DNA from: Flavobacteriales bacterium
GTDB taxonomy: Bacteria > Bacteroidota > Bacteroidia > Palsa-965
Assembly: GCA_040377305.1 (NCBI GenBank)
Contig: JBEIPA010000011.1
Span: forward strand, 117,495 to 181,494
DNA: 64,000 nucleotides
Reading direction: 5' to 3'
Positions within the stretch are counted from its first letter, which is position 1. Every line of letters begins with the position of its first letter. The notes under the pieces are model-generated. The model was not told the DNA's origin, ran no database searches, and saw nothing but the letters and a program-made list of their open reading frames with translations. Made by a program: the position numbers and the translations under genes. Shown here piece after piece: positions 30,036 to 40,549 of the stretch.

Positions 30036-30066
30036 AAAGAGTCCCGTGTTTGCAGCCGGGACTCTC
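30036..30066 (-). terminator. Intrinsic terminator
   Basis: AAAGAGTCCCG-loop-CGGGACTCT. Confidence 0.65.
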
Positions 30067-30088
30067 TCTGTATTCTCCTAAAGGGAAT

Positions 30089-30973
30089 CTACTTACTATT
30101 GCCTTCGGTTGGCAATGGACCATCGCCCACGTACTTGCCACCTTTGTAAAGTTTGATCTTGATGAGGATGCCGTTGTTATCATACAAACGCTCTTCACCG
30201 TCAACCAGTTTCTTTTTCGCGAACGTGCCTTTCATTGTGATCTGACCGTTCTTGTAAAGGATCCAATAACCTTCACCGTTAAATGTTCCGGTGTTTGGTT
30301 TCACTTCTGTTGATGTAACAGTTGGTGAAGTTCCTTTTTGTTCTTTTTCCTCAGGAGCTTTCACTGCGTCTGCAGATTCAGGCTTCTTCGGCTCGTATGT
30401 TTTTGTTTTCGCAGGATCAATTGTACCTCCGTTGAAATACGTTTCAGCTGTGAGCTCACCATTGGTGTTGTACTCTTTCTTAACGCCTTCTTCTTTTCCT
30501 GATTTCATATTCACCTCGATAGCCACTTTGCCATTTGGGTGATAGTAAGTCTGTGCTCCGTCGCGCTGTCCAAGGTTGTTATAAGCGAACGACTGGCGGA
30601 CTTGCCCGTCTTCGTAATACAGTTTGTATGGACCAGTCCAACGTGTTCCAACCCATGTACCTTCTTCGGAAAGATTTCCGTTTTCGTGGTACATCTTAGC
30701 AGGACCGTTTGGACGGTTGTTCACGTACGTGAGTTCCGATTTTTTCTTGCCGTTCTGGTAGTATTCAATCCAGATTCCAGTCTTCATGGAATTCGTGTAG
30801 GTGCCTTCTTCAACCAGTTGCTCGGGCGTCCATGGTGATCCAAGTTTCTTGAAACCTGCAGTGATCTTCCAGTAACCTTGTCGCTTTCCGGCAGCGTCAA
30901 CAACATTATCCTGCGCAATCGCAAATGACGCTGTAACACACAACACAAGTAGGGATAGTATAAATTTCTTCAT
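30089..30973 (-). CDS. Exported MORN-variant repeat protein (YwqK-like), paralog 1
   Basis: Signal peptide and MORN-like repeats. Confidence 0.87.
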   Translation of the reverse strand: MKKFILSLLVLCVTASFAIAQDNVVDAAGKRQGYWKITAGFKKLGSPWTPEQLVEEGTYTNSMKTGIWIEYYQNGKKKSELTYVNNRPNGPAKMYHENGNLSEEGTWVGTRWTGPYKLYYEDGQVRQSFAYNNLGQRDGAQTYYHPNGKVAIEVNMKSGKEEGVKKEYNTNGELTAETYFNGGTIDPAKTKTYEPKKPESADAVKAPEEKEQKGTSPTVTSTEVKPNTGTFNGEGYWILYKNGQITMKGTFAKKKLVDGEERLYDNNGILIKIKLYKGGKYVGDGPLPTEGNSK

Positions 30974-31158
30974 CGGCCAGCGGCTTTGTGGGGGCGTTTC
31001 CCCAGTCCAACATTACTGAAATTTAACGAAACAAGCCGCTTTTCGTTGCACAAATTCGATCAACCCAGAAATAACTTCGACTAACCTCAACACAAATCGA
31101 TGCAGGGGGAAATGCGATTCGAATGCTGGTGAATTGTACGTGGAACATTGAAAGGCGG

Positions 31159-32112
31159 TTACACCTTTGTGTAAACATTTTTCAGGTTGACCAGCATGTC
31201 GTTAGTCATGGCCTCGAGGTCGTACTTTGGGGCCCATCCCCAGTGTTCTCTAGCAACCTGATCGTCAATGCTTTTTGGCCAGGAATCGGCTATTTGCTGG
31301 CGGAAATCGGGCGCATAATCGATCGTGAATTCCGGTATAAATTTGCGGATTGAAGCGGCAATTTGTTCTGGATTAAAGCTCACTCCTGCCAGGTTATAGC
31401 CCCCACGGAATTTGATCTTTTCAGCCGGGGCTTCCATAATTTCCAGTGTTCCACGAATTGCATCGGGCATGTACATCATGGGCAAAGTGGTGTCTTTTGA
31501 CAAGAACGACGTGTACTTCTTGTGTTTCAGCGCCTCGTGATATATATGTACAGCGTAATCCGTTGTTCCTCCTCCGGGTGCTGACTTCCAGCCAATTAGT
31601 CCGGGATAACGCAGGCTTCTGGTGTCAACGCCGTGTTTGTGGAAATACCATTCAATCCAGCGCTCGCCCGCAAACTTGGAGTTGCCATAAACCGTCGTGG
31701 GTTCAATGATTGTAAACTGCGGAGTATTCTCCCGTGGAGTCGTAAGACCGAAGACAGCAATTGAGCTCGGCCAGTATATTTTTTGTATGTGTTTCTCACG
31801 CGCCAATTCGAGCACATGGAACAAGCTTTCCATATTGAGCTTCCACCCGAACATTGGTTTCTGTTCTGCTGTTGCGGAGAGTAATGCGGCGAGCAAATAA
31901 ACCTGCGTGATACCGTGACGTTTTACGACTTCGAATAATTTGTCTTTGTCAAGCGCATCTAAAACTTCATACGGCCCGAGAGCGAGTTGATCAGCATCAG
32001 CAGGTTTGATATCGGAAGCCACTACGTTGTTCTGTCCGAAAATCGATCGCAGTTCGGCAACTAACTCAGTTCCGATCTGTCCGGAAGAACCGATCACAAG
32101 AATTTTATCCAT
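31159..32112 (-). CDS. NAD-dependent epimerase/dehydratase family, SDR-type L-threonine 3-dehydrogenase-like
   Basis: GSSGQIG, LAALLSATAE, PSSIAVFG, YG.SK and PGGGTTDYAV motifs. Confidence 0.9.
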   Translation of the reverse strand: MDKILVIGSSGQIGTELVAELRSIFGQNNVVASDIKPADADQLALGPYEVLDALDKDKLFEVVKRHGITQVYLLAALLSATAEQKPMFGWKLNMESLFHVLELAREKHIQKIYWPSSIAVFGLTTPRENTPQFTIIEPTTVYGNSKFAGERWIEWYFHKHGVDTRSLRYPGLIGWKSAPGGGTTDYAVHIYHEALKHKKYTSFLSKDTTLPMMYMPDAIRGTLEIMEAPAEKIKFRGGYNLAGVSFNPEQIAASIRKFIPEFTIDYAPDFRQQIADSWPKSIDDQVAREHWGWAPKYDLEAMTNDMLVNLKNVYTKV

Positions 32113-32342
32113 CGCTGTAAATGTAAATACGATTTGCCAATTGTGAGAAGATGCAAACCACTTGTTGCCCGACGCAGGGCTCTGACCATGGTTGCTTCAT
32201 GTTTTCGGAATGCTGGACAAGTAAGAATTGGGCAATCCTTGTTTTAGAAACGGGTATAACAAGGACACCTTTACTGTAACAATTCGTCAAAGAAGTTTTA
32301 CAACAAGTGAGAACCAATCAATAACCCTCAATACTATCTATT

Positions 32343-33299
32343 ATGAAACGCAATTTATTAATCCTGACAGTTGCTTCCCTTGCGGTTGTGATGGTGTCTT
32401 GTAAGAAAGACATTGTTGAAAGAGACAATACTTATCCGGGCAGCTACTCCAGCAACGGGGCACTCAACAGTTATTTTCAACAGGCCGGTCCTCAGTTGCA
32501 AACCTTTACTGTGAATGCTGCTACAGGTGGAGTTTTTTATGGCAACCAAGGAGCGAGGTTAGTAATCGCACCAAACTCTTTTGTCTATCAGAATATGCAA
32601 CCCGTTACGGGCTCAGTTGACCTACAACTCATTGAAGTGTACGGTAAGAAAGCAATCATTTGTTCGGGTGGTTTCACAACATCGAACGGAGTTCCAATTG
32701 AATCGGGTGGCGAAATCTACATCAATGCGTGGCAAGGAAATAACGAGTTGGAATTGAATCCTGCTGGTGGAATTACAGCTTCCATACCTGCAGGTCTAAC
32801 GACGCCTCCTCCGATGGAGAATTTCACCGCATCGGAAATCGGGGAAGGGGCGGATTTTGATCGCGTTGATTCTTCACTAGTGCAGATCACATGGGATACT
32901 TCAAACGTAGTGGCGGCACAGTACTATTATAATTTGCAGGTATATCAGTTTGGCTGGGCGAATTGTGATGTGTACATGAATTCGAATAGTGACTTGACTG
33001 ATTTTACAGTTTCCCTGCCGCAAACGTTCAATCATGAAAACACAATGGTGATCATTTCATTCACTGATTATAATACCGTATCTACAATGTATACGTTCGA
33101 CGAAGAAACCAATGCATACGTTTCGGGTTATTACAAGCTGCCGATCGGATTCGATGTGACATTTATTGCCATCTCTGAAATCAACGGTCAATTTTATTAT
33201 ACAGAACATTCAACAAATATTGTTGAAGATCACCTTATCTCGCTTACTCCGCAGGTGTGCACGGAGGCTTATGTTGATCAGATGCTCACCTCGTTATAA
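32343..33299 (+). CDS. Hypothetical lipoprotein (GWxNCD-motif family)
   Basis: Lipobox MVSC; IESGGE and FGWANCD motifs. Confidence 0.82.
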   Translation: MKRNLLILTVASLAVVMVSCKKDIVERDNTYPGSYSSNGALNSYFQQAGPQLQTFTVNAATGGVFYGNQGARLVIAPNSFVYQNMQPVTGSVDLQLIEVYGKKAIICSGGFTTSNGVPIESGGEIYINAWQGNNELELNPAGGITASIPAGLTTPPPMENFTASEIGEGADFDRVDSSLVQITWDTSNVVAAQYYYNLQVYQFGWANCDVYMNSNSDLTDFTVSLPQTFNHENTMVIISFTDYNTVSTMYTFDEETNAYVSGYYKLPIGFDVTFIAISEINGQFYYTEHSTNIVEDHLISLTPQVCTEAYVDQMLTSL

Positions 33300-33335
33300 T
33301 ATTAAAGAGTGAACTGACCCACGCACGTTGAAATG

Positions 33336-33375
33336 ATCCCGTCTCGTCAAGAAATTGATGAGGCGGGATTTTTTT
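33336..33375 (+). terminator. Intrinsic terminator
   Basis: ATCCCGTCTCGTCAA-GAAA-TTGATGAGGCGGGAT followed by a T-tract. Confidence 0.8.
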
Positions 33376-33666
33376 ATGCGAGTAAAACAACTGGACTGTT
33401 TTGTTTTGCGATCTGCAAACTGCAACACACCACGTGCGCGTTTCAACACACAAGTGGTAACATGGTTCACGACTTGATTGGTTTGAACATTGTAATTTGT
33501 TGTTGTACTTAATACAGATGCTCCCCGCATCTTTGAAGTACAGTTGTAATCTGAGCTGTTCCCCGCAGCAATCGTCCCCTAAAAGATACAGTAGCAACGA
33601 GGCATTAGTACTGCGCGTAATTCCAATACGCACATCAATGTTGCAAACAATTTAAAGTATCTGACC

Positions 33667-36600
33667 ATGAAAAACATTCGCAAAATTTCTCTCCCTGCGA
33701 TTGCAATTCTTGCTCTGCTAGGGACAGCAGATGCAAGGGAGAATGTAAACCCAAACGGAAACCGAAATTCAAACGGCAATCGCTATCAATCCGGTGAAGA
33801 TGTATTAGCAACGTGCACACCGGCTTCTGCCAAAACTGATCTGGATGTCAACAACGTTCGCACGACCATTATGACTGGTGGCGATATGTGGTGGGATCTG
33901 ACTACAGCACGTTATGAAATTCCCAAAGGTAGCGGCAAGCATTCTATTTATGCCGGAGCATTGTGGATCGGTGGATTGGATGCAGGCGGATCACTGCGCG
34001 TGGCGGCGATGACTTACCGTCAGACCGGAAATGATTTCTGGCCGGGCCCACTTGATTTAAATGATGCATCCGTTGATCAAAGTGTGTGCAACGAGTTCGA
34101 CAAGCATTGGAAAATTTCGCGCAAGGAAGTAGAAGACTTTGTAGCGTGGCAACTAGACCCGCCTGCGTATCCGAATTACACTGTTCCGTTGAGCATTCAG
34201 AACTGGCCAGGGAATGGCGCACCAGGACAAGATCAGTACCTCGCCCCCTTTCATGATGAACAAGGCGATGGCATCTATAATTATATGGATGGTGATTATC
34301 CCGGTTTTGATCTTGATGGAACAGGAAGCTGCGATCACAACCAGTTGTTTGGCGATCAGGTTTTGTGGTGGGTGTTCAACGATCGCGGAAATATTCACTC
34401 AGAATCAGGCGCAACTGCAATCGGACTTGAAATTCATGCACAGGCTTTCGGTTTCGAAACGAATGATGAAATCAACAATATGACTTTCTATTCGTACAAG
34501 ATTATTAATCGATCGACCACACAATTAGATCAGACTTATTTCGGTCAGTGGACAGACGCTGATCTTGGTTATGCATTCGATGATTATGTTGGATGCGATG
34601 TTGGTCGCGGATTGGGATACACCTACAACGGCAATGCGAATGATGGAGGATCGGCTCAACCGGGACCGGACTCCTATGGTGCAAATCCACCAGCAATTGG
34701 TATGGACTTTTTCGAAGGACCGATTGCGGATTCTGCAGATGGAGTTGACAATGATCGCGACGGACAACTGGATGAAGCAGGAGAACAGATTATCATGTCG
34801 AAATTTATTTACTATAACAATGACGGCAGCGTAACCGGCAATCCGGACAACGCAACACATTTCTATAACTACCTCTCCGGATTCTGGAAAGATGGTTCTC
34901 CACTTACTTATGGTGATGACGCGTATGGTGGAACAGTTCCTTGCGACTTCATGTTCCCAGGCGATTCAGATCCGCTCGGTATTGGCGCCGGTGGGCCGCA
35001 ACCAGCATGGGATGAAGTAACGGAAGCGAACGGGGTTGGTGATCGGCGTATGTTGCAATCTGCCGGACCGTTTACATTGAAACCCGGTGCCGTGAATTAT
35101 GTTACGGTTGGTGCCGTGTGGGCACGCGCCAACAGTGGTGGACCGACTGCATCTGTCGATCTCATGCGTACAACAGATGACAAGGCGCAACGATTGTTCG
35201 ACAATTGTTTCCGTACGCTTGATGGACCAACTGCACCGGATCTTACGATTCAGGAATTGGACAAAGAAGTAATCGTTTACATCACCAATCCTGCAACTTC
35301 AAATAATTATCTGGAACGCTACGAGGGAGTTGATCCTTCTATCGTGTACAATACGTATCATCCTGCTCTTGCGAATATCGATCTCACATACAACTTCGAA
35401 GGCTACCAGCTGTTCCAGTTGAAGGACATCACTGTAACGACTGCAGATCTGTACAATCCTGATAAAGCACGCATGATTGCACAGTGCGATATTCAGAATG
35501 GTGTAGCACAACTTGTGAATAGCGATTTCGATGTTGAACTCAACGCGGACGTACCGAATGACATGACGCTCGATGCGGCTGATGACGGAATTGTTCACTC
35601 GTTCTCCGTGAAAACAGATGCATTTGCAACCGGAGATAATCGCCTGATCAATCACAAAACATATTACTACACGATTGTGGCTTATGCTTACAATCGCTAC
35701 CTCACGTATGATGATGTTACGTTCGATGCGAATTCACCTCTGACTCCTTCGAACATCGGACAGAAGAAACCTTATCTCGCAGGCAGAAAAAATGTAATTA
35801 CGTACACGGCAATTCCGCACATCACTTCACCGGAAGCGTACGGAACCGACCAAACTTCAAATTATGGGTCAGGTCCGAAACTCACGCGCATCGAAGGTTG
35901 CGGCAACGGAACAAACATCCTTGAACTAACTCAAGCTTCAGAAGATGCAATTGTTGCCGCAACATCGGTGAACAATGGTGGCACCGCGCGACACGATCAC
36001 ATTCAGTACGAAGGCGGATACGGTCCGGTGAACATCAAAGTGATTGATCCGCTTAACGTTCCTGTTGGTGATTTCACAATTCAGATGGTGGATAATCCGT
36101 ATTCATCAATTACCGCATCGGCTACTGCAACCTGGATTCTGAATCAGTTGAGCGGACCTGGTGCACCACGTGCGTGGACATCGGACACAACAATCAATTT
36201 CAAGTCGGTTTATGCGAATGAGCAGATCATTCCTGAAATCGGAATGTCTGTACAGTGGAGTCAAACACAAAATCCCGGGTTAGGAAATAATCCTGATCGC
36301 AACGGATATCTTGCTTCGTCAATGACATTCGATGACCCAACGAAAGATTTCCTCACTGGAATTGTTGATGATGAGAGCAACACCGAGTACAATTGGATAC
36401 GAGGCGGTTCACAAGACGGCACTGGAATTTGCATAGATGAGTTCGACGACAGATTCTACACGGGTAATGCACTTGATCCTGAGGGCGACTTTGAAAAATT
36501 AGTCGACTCGCGTTGGGCTCCGTATCGATTGGCTGCGTACAATCCTTCTCCCGGACAAGCAACAATATGTTATCCCGTAGGACCTGCATGGCAGCCAACT

Positions 36601-37770
36601 GCACCAGCGGCAACTATTCAGAACAAGATTGAAAACATCGCCAATGTAAATGTGGTATTCACAAATGATCGCACAAAATGGACACGTTGTCCGGTGCTTG
36701 AAGTTGGTCCAACGCATATACTCAATCAAGGTCAGCGTGAGCCATGGCATTTGCGCGATCATCCTTCTGTTGATCAATACGGTCGCGCGGGTGATGGTGT
36801 TGTGACCAATGATCCATCTGATGCAGATTACATTGCTGCAAACGGAATGGGATGGTTCCCGGGTTATGCAGTCAATCTCGAAACCGGTGAACGCCTGAAC
36901 ATGGCTTTCGGGGAGAACTCTGCGCTTGCGGCGGACAATGGCCGTGATATGTTGTTCAATCCGAATGGGCGTGAACAAGTCAACGGCAATACGATCTGGG
37001 GTGGAATGCACTTTGTATACATTTTCGGTCACAACGGAAACGTAAAGTACTCCAGCACCGGCACAGTGTTGCCCGGAGAACTCAAGGACATACCTGCGTA
37101 TGATTGCGGTTCAGCTGCGTACAAGATTCTCAACTATGATGCAACAGCTAATCCCGAATTGCGGGAAGTATATGCTGACATCATGTGGACGAGCATTCCT
37201 GTACTGGACAGCGAATTCGAAACCTGGACGTGGGGTAACAACTACCAATCCCCTGATGTGGTTCCGACAACAACGAAAGTTCGCTTGCGTGTTGCGAAAC
37301 CGTACAAGCGTTACTTCAACGGAATCACAACAGCTGCCGGCGTTATGATGACTGATAGCGCGCAGGTTGTACAGAACAGGAATAATCCGATGTATGCCTT
37401 CAACACGGCAGATCTTAAGACAACAACCAGTGATGCTGTGTCGGCACAAGAAGCACTCGAACTGATCAACGTTGTTCCAAATCCGTACTACGCTTATTCC
37501 GGATATGAGAAAAATCAATTCGACAATCGCATCAAGTTCACGAACCTTCCGGTGAAATGTGAGATTAAAATTTACACCGTGAATGGTACGCTCGTGAGAA
37601 AGATGACAAAGGACTCGCCTCAGACGTATCTCGATTGGGACTTAAAAAATCAGGCAGGAATTCCTGTTGCTAGCGGACTTTACATCATTCATGTTGATGT
37701 TCCGGGTGTTGGAGAGAAAATCCTCAAGTGGTTTGGTGTAATGCGTCCGGTTGACCTCGATTCGTACTAG
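33667..37770 (+). CDS. Large conserved T9SS-associated protein (C-terminal VVPNPY...WDLKN..G.PVASG.YI domain)
   Basis: Signal peptide, LDVNNVR/GDMWWD N-terminal motif, DGVDNDRDG calcium-binding-like motif and FlgD/T9SS-like C-terminus. Confidence 0.85.
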   Translation: MKNIRKISLPAIAILALLGTADARENVNPNGNRNSNGNRYQSGEDVLATCTPASAKTDLDVNNVRTTIMTGGDMWWDLTTARYEIPKGSGKHSIYAGALWIGGLDAGGSLRVAAMTYRQTGNDFWPGPLDLNDASVDQSVCNEFDKHWKISRKEVEDFVAWQLDPPAYPNYTVPLSIQNWPGNGAPGQDQYLAPFHDEQGDGIYNYMDGDYPGFDLDGTGSCDHNQLFGDQVLWWVFNDRGNIHSESGATAIGLEIHAQAFGFETNDEINNMTFYSYKIINRSTTQLDQTYFGQWTDADLGYAFDDYVGCDVGRGLGYTYNGNANDGGSAQPGPDSYGANPPAIGMDFFEGPIADSADGVDNDRDGQLDEAGEQIIMSKFIYYNNDGSVTGNPDNATHFYNYLSGFWKDGSPLTYGDDAYGGTVPCDFMFPGDSDPLGIGAGGPQPAWDEVTEANGVGDRRMLQSAGPFTLKPGAVNYVTVGAVWARANSGGPTASVDLMRTTDDKAQRLFDNCFRTLDGPTAPDLTIQELDKEVIVYITNPATSNNYLERYEGVDPSIVYNTYHPALANIDLTYNFEGYQLFQLKDITVTTADLYNPDKARMIAQCDIQNGVAQLVNSDFDVELNADVPNDMTLDAADDGIVHSFSVKTDAFATGDNRLINHKTYYYTIVAYAYNRYLTYDDVTFDANSPLTPSNIGQKKPYLAGRKNVITYTAIPHITSPEAYGTDQTSNYGSGPKLTRIEGCGNGTNILELTQASEDAIVAATSVNNGGTARHDHIQYEGGYGPVNIKVIDPLNVPVGDFTIQMVDNPYSSITASATATWILNQLSGPGAPRAWTSDTTINFKSVYANEQIIPEIGMSVQWSQTQNPGLGNNPDRNGYLASSMTFDDPTKDFLTGIVDDESNTEYNWIRGGSQDGTGICIDEFDDRFYTGNALDPEGDFEKLVDSRWAPYRLAAYNPSPGQATICYPVGPAWQPTAPAATIQNKIENIANVNVVFTNDRTKWTRCPVLEVGPTHILNQGQREPWHLRDHPSVDQYGRAGDGVVTNDPSDADYIAANGMGWFPGYAVNLETGERLNMAFGENSALAADNGRDMLFNPNGREQVNGNTIWGGMHFVYIFGHNGNVKYSSTGTVLPGELKDIPAYDCGSAAYKILNYDATANPELREVYADIMWTSIPVLDSEFETWTWGNNYQSPDVVPTTTKVRLRVAKPYKRYFNGITTAAGVMMTDSAQVVQNRNNPMYAFNTADLKTTTSDAVSAQEALELINVVPNPYYAYSGYEKNQFDNRIKFTNLPVKCEIKIYTVNGTLVRKMTKDSPQTYLDWDLKNQAGIPVASGLYIIHVDVPGVGEKILKWFGVMRPVDLDSY

Positions 37771-37822
37771 TCGTCAACCCTCGGTACAGCTAAAATTGTG
37801 GCTGACCAATACAAGTGGCGCT

Positions 37823-37857
37823 TACTCGGTCTGACAACTAGTTTGTCAGGCCGAGTA
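37823..37857. repeat. Palindrome of the CTCGGTCTGACAA/TTGTCAG family
   Basis: TACTCGGTCTGACAA-CTAGT-TTGTCAGGCCGAGTA; relatives at 40355-40420 and 52494-52528. Confidence 0.75.
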
Positions 37858-37996
37858 GCCATTTAACACTGCGGAGCAGGTTGGCCGACATTTAAGGCGT
37901 ACCGAGGAATGACAGATGACAAATCCCTGTCCGAACTGATCTTTATCAGGGCGGATCATTTTTGGATTCCATCATTGCTGCGTAATTTTGCGCCCG

Positions 37997-39046
37997 ATGG
38001 CTTTGCACAACCGCGTGAACCGTGATGAGATGAGAAAACGTTTGATGGAGGAATCTTTCCATCGGGTAACGCTTTCCTTTTATCGTTACGTGATCATTGA
38101 TAATCCCCACGAGCTGCGAGACACGCTCTGGCGTGAATGGAACGCGCTTCAGGTATTCGGTCGCATTTATATTGCACAGGAAGGAATTAATGCCCAATTG
38201 AGTGTGCCGGAACATTACTTCCAGGAGTTTCGTCACAAGCTTGATACGCATCCGGAATTCAAGGATGTTCCGTTCAAGATTGCAGTAGAAGATGATGGGA
38301 AATCCTTTTTCCGTCTGACGATAAAAGTGCGGGAAAAAATAGTTGCCGACGGATTAGCAGCAGATGCGTTTGATGTAACGAACGTTGGCAATCACCTCAC
38401 CGCAATCGAGTTTAACGATGCGATGGAGAAGGATGGGACGATTGTGGTCGACATGCGTAATCACTACGAAAGCGAAGTCGGACACTTTCAGAATGCACTT
38501 CTTCCACAGAGTGAGTCGTTTCGCGAAGAGTTGCCACTTGTACTCGATCAGCTGAAGGGCAAAGAGGATCAGAAAATATTAATGTATTGCACAGGAGGAA
38601 TCCGTTGTGAGAAAGCGAGTGCTTATCTCAAGCACCACGGTTTCAAAGACGTGAATCAATTGTACGGTGGAATTATCGAGTACGCGCGACAAATCAAACA
38701 ACAGGAACTTCCATCGAAGTTTATCGGAAAGAATTTTGTGTTCGATGAACGTCTCGGCGAAAGAATTACCGATGATGTAATTGCACATTGTCACCAGTGC
38801 GGTAAGAAATGCGATCACCAGATCAACTGCGGAAATACCGATTGTCACGTACTTTTCATACAGTGCGACGGTTGTAAAAGTGTTTACGGAGAATTCTGTT
38901 CACATGAATGTCATGCGTATGCAGATTTACCTGCGGAGACACGTGCGCAGTTGCGTAAAGACGGCAAAGCCATAAGAGGCGGAAGCAGTTACGGTGGCGC
39001 GCATTTTTCGAAATCGATTGCAGCGAAGGCGCCTAAAAAGGGATGA
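37997..39046 (+). CDS. trhO: Rhodanese-domain tRNA uridine(34) hydroxylase (YceA/TrhO)
   Basis: [40 protein letters not shown] and C-terminal Cys cluster. Confidence 0.93.
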   Translation: MALHNRVNRDEMRKRLMEESFHRVTLSFYRYVIIDNPHELRDTLWREWNALQVFGRIYIAQEGINAQLSVPEHYFQEFRHKLDTHPEFKDVPFKIAVEDDGKSFFRLTIKVREKIVADGLAADAFDVTNVGNHLTAIEFNDAMEKDGTIVVDMRNHYESEVGHFQNALLPQSESFREELPLVLDQLKGKEDQKILMYCTGGIRCEKASAYLKHHGFKDVNQLYGGIIEYARQIKQQELPSKFIGKNFVFDERLGERITDDVIAHCHQCGKKCDHQINCGNTDCHVLFIQCDGCKSVYGEFCSHECHAYADLPAETRAQLRKDGKAIRGGSSYGGAHFSKSIAAKAPKKG

Positions 39047-39125
39047 GGAATGTGGCACGGGGGATGCGGGTTGAGATGACCTGGATTTCCACTGTTACAT
39101 TACCTCATTCCTCATTCCTCATTCC
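39043..39125. repeat. Degenerate inverted repeat of 7-nt units (ATGAGGA / CCTCATT x3)
   Basis: ATGAGGAATGTGG after the stop codon; CCTCATTCCTCATTCCTCATTCC at 39103-39125. Confidence 0.65.
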
Positions 39126-39191
39126 GGATTGACAATTGTCATTTTCCACCTGAACACATTCCGTAACTTTATTCTTCAAATTTCACGAGCT

Positions 39192-40349
39192 ATGCCTCTT
39201 TATCACAAACTTGGAACCTTCCCTCAGAAACGTCACACGATTTTTCAGAGTCCGAAAGGGAACCACTATTATGAACAGCTTTTCGGCACGGAAGGATTCA
39301 ACGGATATTCTTCACTGCTTTATCACACACATCGTCCAACGCAGATCAAAGAAATTCTGAAGTCGGTTGATGTGACTCCGAAAATTGCAATTCCGAAAAA
39401 CATCAAACCACTTTTGCTGAAAGGTTTCCAGGTGAAACCAACAGCAGATTTTCTCGACAGCAGAAAAACCATGTTGCTGAATGGCGATTGTTCGATGGGC
39501 CTCGCTGCTCCGCAAAAGAGCATGACGGATTATTTCTACAAGAACGCAGACGCAGACGAAGTGATTTTCATTCACAAAGGAAAAGGCAAGTTGCGCACGT
39601 TCATGGGGAATATTCCATTTGAGTATGGCGACTATCTCGTAATTCCGCGGGGGATGATTTATCAGATGGAATTCGAAACAACGGAGAACAGAATTTTCTT
39701 CGTAGAAAGCTTTCATCCGATTTACACACCGAAACGATATAAAAATTCCGGCGGACAGCATCTCGAACATTCTCCGTTCTGTGAGCGTGATTTCAAAATG
39801 CCTACTGAGCTTGAAACTTATGATCAGAAAGGCGATTTCCTGGTGAAGGTGAAAAAGGAAAATGTACTTCACGATATTGTGTATGCAACGCACCCATTTG
39901 ATGTTGTGGGTTGGGACGGATATAATTTTCCATGGGCATTTTCTATTCACAACTTCGAGCCGATCACAGGTCGTGTTCACCAACCACCTCCGGTTCACCA
40001 GACATTTGAAACAAGTGCATTCGTAATCTGCAGTTTCTGTCCGCGTTTGTACGATTATCACCCGAAAGCAATTCCCGCACCGTACAATCACAGCAACATC
40101 GATTCAGATGAAGTGTTGTATTACGTTGACGGGGATTTTATGAGCCGCAACAACATCGAACAAGGGCACATCACACTTCACCCGAAAGGAATTCCGCACG
40201 GACCAGCGCCCGGAGCAATGGAACGCTCTATTGGTCAGAAAGAGACTGCCGAATTAGCGGTAATGGTGGATACTTTCCGTCCCTTGCAGGTTACCGAAGA
40301 AGCGATGGGAATTGATGATGGGGTGTACTATAAATCGTGGGTGGAGTAA
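39192..40349 (+). CDS. hmgA: Homogentisate 1,2-dioxygenase
   Basis: P.KRH, NADADE, HSPFCERD, VGWDG, HQPPPVH, HSNIDSDE and HP.GIPHGP motifs; next to hppD. Confidence 0.95.
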   Translation: MPLYHKLGTFPQKRHTIFQSPKGNHYYEQLFGTEGFNGYSSLLYHTHRPTQIKEILKSVDVTPKIAIPKNIKPLLLKGFQVKPTADFLDSRKTMLLNGDCSMGLAAPQKSMTDYFYKNADADEVIFIHKGKGKLRTFMGNIPFEYGDYLVIPRGMIYQMEFETTENRIFFVESFHPIYTPKRYKNSGGQHLEHSPFCERDFKMPTELETYDQKGDFLVKVKKENVLHDIVYATHPFDVVGWDGYNFPWAFSIHNFEPITGRVHQPPPVHQTFETSAFVICSFCPRLYDYHPKAIPAPYNHSNIDSDEVLYYVDGDFMSRNNIEQGHITLHPKGIPHGPAPGAMERSIGQKETAELAVMVDTFRPLQVTEEAMGIDDGVYYKSWVE

Positions 40350-40354
40350 CTCCT

Positions 40355-40420
40355 CTCGGTCTGACAAGCGATCTAGCCACAATATTTGTCAAACTGAGCG
40401 TAGCCGAAGGTTGGCAAATG
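40355..40420. repeat. Palindromic element TTGTCA..CTGAGCG.AGCCGAAGG
   Basis: 40386-40420 matches the reverse complement of 52494-52528 at 30/35 positions. Confidence 0.75.
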
Positions 40421-40549
40421 GCACATTGATTCGTAAATTTGGCTATGATTAAGGCATTGCTTGCTGCGCATTCCCGCGCGATGTGGTCGTAAGTTGTTTC
40501 CATTCTGAAATAGTTCACGACATTTTTTCACACATTAAAATTCATTACA

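Noticed and set aside
28090-30973. YwqK-like proteins as toxin-antitoxin antitoxins
   Set aside because: All have signal peptides and there is no adjacent toxin; the label reflects MORN-type repeats only.
33380-33660. Long leader upstream of the 1367-aa gene as a riboswitch or ncRNA
   Set aside because: No recognisable aptamer consensus or convincing stem set was found by eye; an Rfam scan would be needed.
39312-40091. Long antisense or overlapping ORFs (259 aa here; also 3206..3907, 18614..19273, 25802..26554, 41192..41818, 5248..5970)
   Set aside because: They shadow well-supported genes and have no motifs or plausible composition; they are expected by-products of codon bias.
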